Assembly: GCA_020723345.1 (NCBI GenBank)
Contig: DYJA01000014.1
Location: forward strand, 9,293-73,292
Direction of reading: 5' to 3'
Length of the DNA stretch: 64,000 nucleotides
From: Candidatus Aquidulcis sp.
Lineage (GTDB): Bacteria; Chloroflexota; Anaerolineae; UBA4142
The notes under the pieces were generated by a model. That model saw only the letters and a program-made list of their open reading frames with translations, had not been told where the DNA came from and made no database searches. Both the position numbers and the translations under genes were made by a program. Shown piece after piece: positions 54,364-62,783 of this stretch; position 1 is the first letter of the stretch, and every line of letters begins with the position of its first letter.

Positions 54364-54622
54364 CAAATTTCGGGTGATGCTTCGCAAGCGCGCCGTAAAG
54401 GGCTGGCAAGATCTCACTGCTCGTAATCCACAAGGTGTGGCAGAAATCTTGCGCTTTTTGCAAACCACTCCCGAATTGCGTGTGCCAGGCAAAGTGAAAA
54501 AACTCAAAGGCAAGCTCAAAGGGCTTTTGCAGTACGATGTCACTTTTTCCGACCGCATTCAGTATTGGGTGGACAAGGGGCAATCCGTTGTCTGGATCGA
54601 ATACGCTGGCTCACACCCATAA
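54356..54622 (+). CDS. RelE/ParE-superfamily toxin
   Basis: 88 aa. ...KVKKLKGKLKGLLQYDVTFSDRIQYWVDKGQSVVWIEYAGSH is the typical RelE/ParE C-terminal pattern. Confidence 0.75.
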   Translation: MANKFRVMLRKRAVKGWQDLTARNPQGVAEILRFLQTTPELRVPGKVKKLKGKLKGLLQYDVTFSDRIQYWVDKGQSVVWIEYAGSHP

Positions 54623-54628
54623 TCCACG

Positions 54629-55660
54629 CTATCCAGTCGCGATAATTCCCTCGGCGCGCAACCACTCCTCAGTCCGTCGCATTCCCTCTTCAAACGACAC
54701 GCGCGGCGCGTAGCCGAGCAACCGTTTCGATTTTTCGATGTCGAAGACGACGCGGTGCGAATAAAATTCGACGCTCGAACGCGCGACGCGCGGCGGAAAA
54801 CCGTCGACGCGCGCGAGCATTTCGAACGGCAGCGTCAGCGCGAGCGCGACCACGCGCGGCATTCCAAACAATCGCCTGCCGCCGAGCATGCGCGCGTACG
54901 CGCCGTAAAATTCGCGCCACGTCACGCCGCGTCCTTCCGCGCCGACAAATGCCTGACCAATTGCCGCGTCGTTCTTCAGCGCAAGCAAAATCAAGTCAAC
55001 CAAGTTGTCGATGTACACCGCGTTGCAAATTCCGTCGCTGCCGCCGATCAAAACGGGACGACCGCACTTGACGCGCCGGAGCGGCGTCAGCGTCCACGCG
55101 TTCGAGCGAGGTCCGTACGTACACGCGGGTCGGATCACGGTCAAGGCAATTTTATTCGCGCGCGCGAATTGCCACGCCGCACGTTCGCCTTCCGCTTTGC
55201 TGGCGGAATAGAAATCGCCCGTAGGGACGCAATTAATTGCGCCCCTACTCGCGCCCCAACCCAATGGCGAATCCGCGTGCGCGTCGCGCGGCGGCGGCAC
55301 GCCGTGCGCGTTGATCGTGCTGAGGTGAATGAACCGCGCGACGTTCGCTTCACGCGCCGCGCCGAGCAAATTCAACGTCCCGCCAACATTCACGCGGCGA
55401 TAATCGTCCAGACGCGCGCGCCCGCTTTGCATCGCCGCGCAGTGAATGACGACGGCGCAACCATCCACCGCGCGGCGAACCGCATCAACATCAACAACAT
55501 CACCGATCGCGATTTCGGAAACGTGATGCGTGATGCGTGATGCGTCGCGTACGAGTCCCCGAACGACTGCGCCTTCTTCCGCGCGTAATCGCTCTGCCAA
55601 TCGTCTGCCGATGAAACCGTTCGCGCCGGTGATCAAGATTCGCTGATCGCGTAAATTCAT
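54629..55660 (-). CDS. NAD-dependent epimerase/dehydratase family protein
   Basis: Track ORF trimmed to MNLRDQRILITGANGFIGRRL... (ATG 55660, ATGA overlap with the upstream stop). YSASK catalytic motif. Carries two repeat-derived segments. Confidence 0.85.
   Translation of the reverse strand: MNLRDQRILITGANGFIGRRLAERLRAEEGAVVRGLVRDASRITHHVSEIAIGDVVDVDAVRRAVDGCAVVIHCAAMQSGRARLDDYRRVNVGGTLNLLGAAREANVARFIHLSTINAHGVPPPRDAHADSPLGWGASRGAINCVPTGDFYSASKAEGERAAWQFARANKIALTVIRPACTYGPRSNAWTLTPLRRVKCGRPVLIGGSDGICNAVYIDNLVDLILLALKNDAAIGQAFVGAEGRGVTWREFYGAYARMLGGRRLFGMPRVVALALTLPFEMLARVDGFPPRVARSSVEFYSHRVVFDIEKSKRLLGYAPRVSFEEGMRRTEEWLRAEGIIATG
55221..55248. repeat. GGGCGCAATT-family palindrome inside the epimerase CDS
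   Basis: gtagggacgcaattaattgcgcccctac, read in frame on the minus strand as ...SRGAINCVPTG... just before the catalytic YSASK. Confidence 0.85.
55522..55546. repeat. three tandem CGTGATG heptamers inside the epimerase CDS
   Basis: cgtgatg cgtgatg cgtgatg cgt, read on the minus strand as ...SRITHHVS... Confidence 0.8.
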
Positions 55661-56943
55661 GCTACCGGCACCCGTGCGAGAATCGTTTCGAGATAGCGCG
55701 ATTTCATTTGCTGGCTCGCGAGCGCGCGCTTGACCGGCGGCGCGCGCAGAATGACGCCGAGAATCGCCGCCAGCGCGCGATGACTGAACTGCGCGCGGTT
55801 GTCGAAAATCAAATCCTGCAAATTGCCGCGCTCGATTGCCATCATCACAATGCGCGCGGTGGAATTGACCGGCGTGATCACGCGCGTCGCACGCGATTCG
55901 AGCGCGATGCCGCGCGTCGGGCACACACGCGCGCAGACGCCGCAGCCGAGACAGATCGTCGCGTCGAGTTTCGCTTTGTGTTTGGCGCGGTGATGTGGAT
56001 CATTTGCGGAAACGAGCGTCATCGCTTCGACCGGGCAGACGTTCGCGCACTTGCCACATCCGTTACATTGGTCGAGTTCGACGCGCGGCAGGAAATTCGT
56101 CGTGTGAACCGGGTTCAGCATCCCAAACTTGCGCGCGGCAATCATCGCCTCACAGCAACAGCCGCAGCAATTGCAAATGAAATTCACGCTCGCGCGCACG
56201 TTCTCGCCAAACTGCACGAGATTGTTCGCGTACGCTTGCGCGAGCAAATCCATTCCCTCGGATTTGTCGACTGCGCGCGCGTAGCCGTGTCGGATGAGCG
56301 ACGCGGCGGTTCCGTTGAACGTCATGCAAATATCTTTTGGCGCGGCGCAATCGCGCCCGACGTGCTGCATCTTGTGACGACAATAGCACACGCCGATTCC
56401 TATCGCGGTCGCGGTTTCGATCACGTTCGTCGCGCGTTCGTAATCGAGAACGCGCAGCGCGTTGTCGGCAGAAAGCAGCGGCTCGTGGACGAACACGCGG
56501 CCCAGTTGCGTTTCGCCGTTCGCAAAAAGCGCGCGGATAAATTCTTCTTCGCCGTTGAGGTACTGGTAGAACAATTCCGCCAACGCTTTTTGATCGATGT
56601 CGCCGCGCACGCGCATCATCGAAAATTCGAAAAAGCCCGCCATCGGCGGCGGCAAGACGTACGTCATCCCGCCGTTCGGATTTTCCATGTCGAGTAGAAT
56701 CGCGCGACTAGCCAACGCGTCGAGTACGTTCCGCGCGTTCGCTTCGTTCGTTTTCCAAATCGTCGCCGCTTGCCGCGCGGTAAACGGCTTGATCGGAATT
56801 TGCGCGACGAGTTCGGCTTCGCGTTCGCCGAACAACATTTCCAAAATGCGGAAGAGCAATTCCGTCGGCGGCGCGCCTTGCGGAAAGCGATTGAGCCGCT
56901 CCGCCAATTCGCGATAGCCACTCTTGATTGTGTGATGCGCCAT
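55657..56943 (-). CDS. 4Fe-4S dicluster domain protein with an extra Cys-rich motif
   Basis: CNGCGKCANVCP and CLGCGVCARVCP ferredoxin motifs, plus FICNCCGCCCEA and VCYCRHK. 428 aa. Confidence 0.8.
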   Translation of the reverse strand: MAHHTIKSGYRELAERLNRFPQGAPPTELLFRILEMLFGEREAELVAQIPIKPFTARQAATIWKTNEANARNVLDALASRAILLDMENPNGGMTYVLPPPMAGFFEFSMMRVRGDIDQKALAELFYQYLNGEEEFIRALFANGETQLGRVFVHEPLLSADNALRVLDYERATNVIETATAIGIGVCYCRHKMQHVGRDCAAPKDICMTFNGTAASLIRHGYARAVDKSEGMDLLAQAYANNLVQFGENVRASVNFICNCCGCCCEAMIAARKFGMLNPVHTTNFLPRVELDQCNGCGKCANVCPVEAMTLVSANDPHHRAKHKAKLDATICLGCGVCARVCPTRGIALESRATRVITPVNSTARIVMMAIERGNLQDLIFDNRAQFSHRALAAILGVILRAPPVKRALASQQMKSRYLETILARVPVA

Positions 56944-56970
56944 GCGAATCTCCGAATAACCTCGCGCGCG

Positions 56971-57954
56971 TTACTTGTGCGATTTGCGTCGCGTCATTTC
57001 GTAATCAAGTGTTTCCCGGAATGCCAATTCGATTGGACAGGGTTGCCAGCCCAATTCGCGTTTTGCTTTTTCCGCGCTGACGAACCAAGTTGAATCGGCA
57101 AGCGAACGCAGCGCTTCTGACGAAAACGTCGAACGCACGCCGACGCGTTCCGCGACTGCCATCAGTTGCGCGAACGTCGCCGCAAACCAGCCCGGCAGCC
57201 AAACGCGCGGCGCGGGGATTCCGGTGATCGCTTGCCACTGGAGCATCGCGTCGCGGTACGTGAACGACGGTCCCGCGATGATGTACGCTTCGCCGACGCG
57301 TCCGCGCTCCATCGCCAACGCGTGTCCTTCGGCAATATCGTTCACGTGCGCCCACGATCCGCCGCTGCGCGCGCCAAACATCATCGGCGTGCGTCGCAGA
57401 TAGAAATCGTATAGCCGCACGAGCGGACTCGTGTCGCCAGGACCGACCACGATCCCGGGATGAACGATGACGATTGGCGCGCCTTCGCGTTGCAGCGGCA
57501 CGGCGACCGCGTAATGCGCTTGCCATTTGGTACGCTCGTACTCCGACGAAAGTTCCGCAACATCCACGCGGTACGTCTCATCCACGATCTTGCCGCGCGT
57601 ATTGCCGAACACTCCGGCAGTACTCGTGTAGACGATTTTCTCCGCGCCAAGTTCGAGAGCAACCTCCAACACGTTGCGTGTTCCTTCGACGTTGATCGCG
57701 CGCATTTTTCGTTTGTCGATCACGCCGACCGTGTACCACGCGGCGAGATGAAACACTCGCTCCGCGCCGCGCATCGCCGCACGCAAAGATGCGCGGTCGG
57801 TGATGTCACCTTGAACAAGTGTCGCGCCCTGCAACTTGACATCCGCGCGCGCCGGATCGCGCACGAGACAAGTAACGCGGTGACCGCGCTTGATCAAGAT
57901 CGGGACGAGATGACTGCCGATGAAACCGGTCGCGCCAGTGACGAAAATGTTCAA
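56971..57954 (-). CDS. NAD-dependent epimerase/dehydratase (SDR_e) family protein
   Basis: TTG 57954 lies 6 nt after GGAGGG and gives (M)NIFVTGATGFIGSHL... YERTK catalytic motif. The track start at 57993 is less likely. Confidence 0.85.
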   Translation of the reverse strand: MNIFVTGATGFIGSHLVPILIKRGHRVTCLVRDPARADVKLQGATLVQGDITDRASLRAAMRGAERVFHLAAWYTVGVIDKRKMRAINVEGTRNVLEVALELGAEKIVYTSTAGVFGNTRGKIVDETYRVDVAELSSEYERTKWQAHYAVAVPLQREGAPIVIVHPGIVVGPGDTSPLVRLYDFYLRRTPMMFGARSGGSWAHVNDIAEGHALAMERGRVGEAYIIAGPSFTYRDAMLQWQAITGIPAPRVWLPGWFAATFAQLMAVAERVGVRSTFSSEALRSLADSTWFVSAEKAKRELGWQPCPIELAFRETLDYEMTRRKSHK

Positions 57955-58029
57955 GAGTTGCCCTCCAACCTTGAAGGTTGCGAACCTCCGCAAGGATCGA
58001 CTCCTATCAGTTGCTTCCTGACAGTCATA

Positions 58030-58329
58030 CTATCTCCATCGGCTTCGCTGCGATGCTAGCCAAGAATCTGTTCCAGTAGATGCGCGCAAGCGTAGGTTTT
58101 CTACATGATAGCCCGGGAAACATCCGGGGCGGTCATCGGGTACGAATTCGATCAACTTCTGACAAGGAAAGTGATCGCACAATCCACAATGTTCGATTTG
58201 CTTTTCCAAACAACATTTCACAAAGTGGCAATCGGCATGCAAGGCAGGAATGCAGCCAGCACACTCGATTGGATAGTTCGGGCATTTGCCGCAATAGTCG
58301 CCGCAAAATGTTGCTTCCGGACGAATCAT
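58030..58329 (-). CDS. DUF3795-like Cys-rich protein
   Basis: CGDYCGKCPNYPIECAGC...CHFVKCCLEKQIEHCGLCDHFPC is the DUF3795 pattern. Confidence 0.7.
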   Translation of the reverse strand: MIRPEATFCGDYCGKCPNYPIECAGCIPALHADCHFVKCCLEKQIEHCGLCDHFPCQKLIEFVPDDRPGCFPGYHVENLRLRASTGTDSWLASQRSRWR

Positions 58330-58345
58330 GGCTCCACCCTCGCCT

Positions 58346-59194
58346 TCATCCTTCGTTTAGCCGCGTCATCTCTTCACTCATCCGCCACAATCGCTTCGGC
58401 GCTTGCTCATCGTACGACGCGGGCGACGACGCGCGCGGTTTGCAGCGCGCGAAATATTTGCCGGTCACGCCTTCCACTTCGGGCGACGACGCGAGATAAA
58501 CGCTCGTCTGCGCGCCCTGCTCCGCGCTGATCGCTTGCAAATTGAATAGCGGCTGCACGATCCATTTGAACACGCCGCCATTCCGCGCGATCAAGTTCGT
58601 CCGGACTCCGCCGGGGTGCAACGCGTTGACAGTGATCTGAGTGCCCGCAAGCCGTCGCGCGAGTTCGTACGTAAACAAAACGTTCGTTAATTTCGAATTG
58701 CTGTACGCCGACAAACCATTGTAACCGCGCTTCATCTGCAAATCGTCGAAATCGATTTCGCCTTGCGCGTGCAACGCGGACGAGACATTGACGATGCGCG
58801 CGGGCGCGCTCGCCGTCAACACGTCGAGCAACAAATTGGTCAGCAGAAAAGGCGCGAGATGATTGACCGCGAGCGTCATTTCGATGCCGTCCACGCTTTC
58901 ACGACGTGCCATCTGTACAATACCCGCGTTGTTGATCAGCACATCGAGCCGCCGATATTTGCGTTTGAATTCCTGCGCGAGCCGTCGAACATCTTGCTGC
59001 GCCGACAAATCAGCGAGCATGTATTCGACCGCCGCGTTGCCGGTTTGCTGTCGCATCCGCGCGACCGTCATCGCGCTTTTTGCCGCGCTGCGTCCGATCA
59101 CGATCACCGTCGCGCCGCGCTGCGCTAATTGCCGCGCCGTCTCCGCGCCGATGCCCAAAGTCGCACCGGTCACCACACAAATCTTGCCGTTCAC
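58346..59194 (-). CDS. SDR-family oxidoreductase
   Basis: VVTGATLGIGAE (TGxxxGxG), NNAG, and YSNSK (YxxxK). Confidence 0.9.
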   Translation of the reverse strand: MNGKICVVTGATLGIGAETARQLAQRGATVIVIGRSAAKSAMTVARMRQQTGNAAVEYMLADLSAQQDVRRLAQEFKRKYRRLDVLINNAGIVQMARRESVDGIEMTLAVNHLAPFLLTNLLLDVLTASAPARIVNVSSALHAQGEIDFDDLQMKRGYNGLSAYSNSKLTNVLFTYELARRLAGTQITVNALHPGGVRTNLIARNGGVFKWIVQPLFNLQAISAEQGAQTSVYLASSPEVEGVTGKYFARCKPRASSPASYDEQAPKRLWRMSEEMTRLNEG

Positions 59195-59652
59195 GTTTCC
59201 AATAAACCGGCTGCGCGCAACGCGTCCACCGCGCGCGCGTACTCGTCCGCGCCGCCCGCCACGACGATGGTTTGTTCGCGCGATTTCCCGTCCGCTTCGT
59301 ACGAGACTACAAAATAACCGCGCGTGATCGGCGGGCGCGGCGCGTGCGCCTCCACTTGGCGAATCGCTTGGCGCGGAATGTTCGGCGCGCCGGAAGCAGA
59401 TTCATTCCGGGGTGTGAGCCACGGAAACGCCAACCCAGCCATGATCAGAATCAGCGCCATCAGCGTGTCGCCCCGCAAGAAAAGATAAATACCGAAACCA
59501 AACATCAAACTCGCCGCCGCGACGTACAGCAACGACGCGCGCGAAGAACCGCGCCGCGTTCCTGGATCTGGACGCGTGAATGTGATTTGCTCCGGCGCGA
59601 TCGCGCAGATACCCGATCGCGTTTTGAATTCATGCCGCGTTTGGTTGTCCAT
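59191..59652 (-). CDS. hypothetical membrane protein
   Basis: Trimmed to MDNQTRHEFK... (ATG 59652, GGAG upstream). Two TM helices and a small C-terminal domain. Confidence 0.55.
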   Translation of the reverse strand: MDNQTRHEFKTRSGICAIAPEQITFTRPDPGTRRGSSRASLLYVAAASLMFGFGIYLFLRGDTLMALILIMAGLAFPWLTPRNESASGAPNIPRQAIRQVEAHAPRPPITRGYFVVSYEADGKSREQTIVVAGGADEYARAVDALRAAGLLET

Positions 59653-60772
59653 CAAGATTCTCCTCTGCGCTTTGCATTTCGCGCTTGGTTCGTTGCGACC
59701 ACATCCACAACGCCACAATCATCGCGATTTCGACTGCGATTGCCAGCGCGCCTGCTTCGGGACCGAACGCGCCGCCGATCAACCAATCGGGTCCCGTGAT
59801 GTTCAAATCGAACAAACCGCCCATATCAATTCCACTCACCGGAAAACCGAACAGCGGTCCTTCGGCGAAATTCCACGCTGCGTGCATCCCAATCGAAAAC
59901 CACAAGCGCCGCGTCACATAGTACCCCAACGCGAGCAAAATGCCCGCAAAGAAAATGCCGACGGTCGAAGTCCATCCCGCGCCGGGATTCAACAAGTGTA
60001 GCACGGCAAAGTACGCCGACGAAACGATCACTGCCGGGACAAAACGAATTCCTTCGGCGAGGTTTTGCAAAATGTAGCCGCGCGCGTCGGTCTCCTCCGC
60101 GATTCCGATCAAGACGTTGAAGAGCAAACCATTCACGAGCGCGCCCAAAACCGCCAGCCAATCTCCGCGCTCCCAGGCAAACCCCGTAATCGTCGCCGCG
60201 CCAAAAGCAAGTGACAGAACGAAAATCGCGCCCCACGCGACGATGGTGAATCCAAATCCCGCGAGCGCCTCTTGCCACCAGCCGCGCGTCATTTGAAAGC
60301 CGAGCGCGCGGAATGAACGCCGGTCGATGAAACGCCGGAACGCAAACACGATCACGAGCAGCGAACACGTCTCCCACAATCGGAAACCAAACGCGAACGG
60401 CGAAAAAGTCGCGACGGTGGACAACTCTTCGATCAAGCGTCCCAGCACTTGCTCCGGCGTCCAACCCGCTGCCGACCACGCGACGAACACAATCGCGCCG
60501 ATGACCAAGCCAAAAGCAATTGCCGCAATAATCTGCGCGAGGCGCGCGCCGATGGCGTACAACAACACGCGCCAGCCCGACCGCAGTCGCCCGTCGCGCA
60601 CGAACCACGTCTTCCAGTGTTTGTCTTGGGTAACCGATCCGCTCAACGTTTCGGGCGGCGTCGCGTGGTGAACCGCCACTTGCTGCGTTTCCGGTGGTTT
60701 TTCGTCTTGGGTAACCTCTGCGCGCAGAAATTCAGGCGGCATGTTTAGTGATTCTGGCGGTCCTTCGGTCAT
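59630..60772 (-). CDS. CPBP-family intramembrane glutamic endopeptidase (CAAX protease-like)
   Basis: GIAEETDARGYIL (EExxxR), FAVLH and HAAWN motifs. Confidence 0.8.
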   Translation of the reverse strand: MTEGPPESLNMPPEFLRAEVTQDEKPPETQQVAVHHATPPETLSGSVTQDKHWKTWFVRDGRLRSGWRVLLYAIGARLAQIIAAIAFGLVIGAIVFVAWSAAGWTPEQVLGRLIEELSTVATFSPFAFGFRLWETCSLLVIVFAFRRFIDRRSFRALGFQMTRGWWQEALAGFGFTIVAWGAIFVLSLAFGAATITGFAWERGDWLAVLGALVNGLLFNVLIGIAEETDARGYILQNLAEGIRFVPAVIVSSAYFAVLHLLNPGAGWTSTVGIFFAGILLALGYYVTRRLWFSIGMHAAWNFAEGPLFGFPVSGIDMGGLFDLNITGPDWLIGGAFGPEAGALAIAVEIAMIVALWMWSQRTKREMQSAEENLDGQPNAA

Positions 60773-60776
60773 TGCT

Positions 60777-61637
60777 TCATTGGCTCCTTTGCGGCAAATC
60801 TACGCCCAGCCGATCGAGATGTTTCCGAATCATCTGTGCTTCCCAATAGCGCATGATCGTCGGCGCGTACGGATACCCGCGATAAAACGGCGACAGATCT
60901 ATCAAGTCGTCGAGCGTTTGGACGCGCGGCAAACAATCGAGCAAAATTTGATCGCGCGCGGCAATCACGTCGAGATAACGTTGCAGACGCGTGGGAATGT
61001 CGTCTGTGATAATGCCCTTGTGACTCGACACGATCACGCGCGGATCGAGTGACATCACTTTGCGTATCGAATTTTCAAACGCGGCAATATCCGATTCCGC
61101 ATGCCCGTACCATGGTCCGAACGACGACAGATCAAGGTCGAACGAAAGCAGAGCGCCGTGCGGCGGCTCGAACAAACACATATGATCGACCGTATGTCCC
61201 GGCGTGTGAATCGCCGTGAGTTTGATTTTGCCGAAATCGAAAATGTGACCGTCGGCAAAGGTCTGCGTCGCCAACGCCGTCCTGAAATTCATCGCCGCGC
61301 GGACGTACGCGCGCCATTCGCCGGCAAGTTCGCATCCCGCAAAACGTTCGCCCAGCGATTCGAAATTGCCGAACGTGTCGGCGGCATACTGCGGCGCGTA
61401 AATCGGCGTACCCTCGAATTTCCAGTTGAGCGCGGTGTGATCAGGGTGGCTGTGCGACGCGATCACGAGATCAATTTTGCGTTCGCGCCGCAACGCGTCA
61501 ATCACGCTCTCACCGCAACCCGTATCGATCAACGCGCGCGTTGTCCCTTCGATCAGGAAACTGTGCGCGAAAGGAAATCGCCCGTCGTTTTCGGCGGGAA
61601 CAAGGCACAAACCCGGAATGATTGGTGTCAGGATCAT
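60777..61637 (-). CDS. MBL-fold metallo-hydrolase
   Basis: ASHSHPDH is the HxHxDH motif. The track start at 61676 lies inside a terminator hairpin, so ATG 61637 or 61652 is preferred. Confidence 0.8.
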   Translation of the reverse strand: MILTPIIPGLCLVPAENDGRFPFAHSFLIEGTTRALIDTGCGESVIDALRRERKIDLVIASHSHPDHTALNWKFEGTPIYAPQYAADTFGNFESLGERFAGCELAGEWRAYVRAAMNFRTALATQTFADGHIFDFGKIKLTAIHTPGHTVDHMCLFEPPHGALLSFDLDLSSFGPWYGHAESDIAAFENSIRKVMSLDPRVIVSSHKGIITDDIPTRLQRYLDVIAARDQILLDCLPRVQTLDDLIDLSPFYRGYPYAPTIMRYWEAQMIRKHLDRLGVDLPQRSQ

Positions 61638-61656
61638 CGTCGTCGGTATCATAAAG

Positions 61657-61691
61657 CAGAAACCCGTTTTCCGCAAGAAAACGGGTTTCTG
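61657..61691 (-). terminator. terminator-like hairpin with the same stem sequence as 19585-19617
   Basis: cagaaacccgttttc cgcaa gaaaacgggtttctg. Lies after the SdpI-like gene. Weak T-run (CTTT). Confidence 0.6.
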
Positions 61692-61700
61692 ATTCGTCGG

Positions 61701-62540
61701 CTACTTGTCGCGCCGCGCGAGCGCGAAAAACAAGCCCACTAACAGAGCGATGAACGGAATCAGAATCCAAAAGAACGCCGACAGTGGGAATGCGTGTACC
61801 CCGCGCGTATTGAACCAGCCGATGTCCCACAACGCCGCGATGAAAATCAAATTTGTCGCTGCGAACGCGATTCCGGCGTAGATCAACCCGCGCTCGGGAT
61901 CGATCCGCCAATGCGCGCCCCAGCGACCAAACGCGATCAACGGCTCGCGCGTCGCGACGATCACCGCGATCACGTCGAGCACGGCGACGAGCGCGGCAAT
62001 GCCGAGAAACATCAGCAGAAATTCATCGCGCGCTTGCCAACCATCGGGCTGCTCGGCGATGTTGAAATGCGTCGCGACGCGCTCAGTGGGCAATTGCGGA
62101 TACCAGTACGCCGCGAGCGCGACGAGCAGCGCGAACGTCACGAGCACCGGCGCGAGGTACACCCAGCGGAATTTCACCGGCGCGATTTCGCGCGCAATCG
62201 GCGCGCTTTGCGCCAAACCGCGCGCGTACACAAACATCCACGCTGTCGCGCCAAGGATCGCGAGGAACATCGCAATCGTCAAGATGCTGATGCCATCGCG
62301 CGGCGCGACGCCGAGCCACTGTAAAAGTACGCCCAGCATCGCCGTACCGACGCCCACGAGCGCGAGGAGCGCGCCGCCAAAACGATTCGACTTGTCCCAC
62401 ACTTCGCGGTTCGCATACGAATAGCCGACGCGCACGCCGAAAATCGGATTCGGTCCGACGCGCGGCGCGAGAAAATACGTCGCGAGTCCCGCGATAAAAA
62501 GCAATGCGCCAATTCCCAATCCAAAATACAACATCGCCAT
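61701..62540 (-). CDS. SdpI/DUF1648-type membrane protein
   Basis: GPNPIFGVRVGYSYANREVWDKSNRFGG (SdpI-like) and YPQLPTERVATHFNIAEQPDGW (DUF1648-like). Confidence 0.7.
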   Translation of the reverse strand: MAMLYFGLGIGALLFIAGLATYFLAPRVGPNPIFGVRVGYSYANREVWDKSNRFGGALLALVGVGTAMLGVLLQWLGVAPRDGISILTIAMFLAILGATAWMFVYARGLAQSAPIAREIAPVKFRWVYLAPVLVTFALLVALAAYWYPQLPTERVATHFNIAEQPDGWQARDEFLLMFLGIAALVAVLDVIAVIVATREPLIAFGRWGAHWRIDPERGLIYAGIAFAATNLIFIAALWDIGWFNTRGVHAFPLSAFFWILIPFIALLVGLFFALARRDK

Positions 62541-62773
62541 TATCCCCTTTCGGCAAAACCTGGCATCGAACGACGCCGACGCGTTGCGGCAGTCAAAGGT
62601 CGTCTCGCGACAATCGTCACTTTGCTGCTGCCCTCGGGCGTGTAGACATTAATCGCTTCCCAGCCCTCTTCGCCCCATTCATTTAGTGTCGCTTCGATCT
62701 GCTCGTCTTTCGCCCCCAAAATACTGTTCCCGATGGTACGGACGCGATATTCCCACTGCGCTTGTTCAGCCAT
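62540..62773 (-). CDS. DUF4177-like small protein
   Basis: Trimmed to MAEQAQWEYRVRTIG...LNEWGEEGWEAINV (ATG 62773, GGAG upstream). Confidence 0.7.
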   Translation of the reverse strand: MAEQAQWEYRVRTIGNSILGAKDEQIEATLNEWGEEGWEAINVYTPEGSSKVTIVARRPLTAATRRRRSMPGFAERG

Positions 62774-62783
62774 TTTTGCTCCC

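Noticed and set aside
61638-61676. Track start of the MBL hydrolase at 61676
   Set aside because: The first 13 codons would be encoded by the terminator-like hairpin 61657-61691, so downstream ATGs (61652 or 61637) are preferred.
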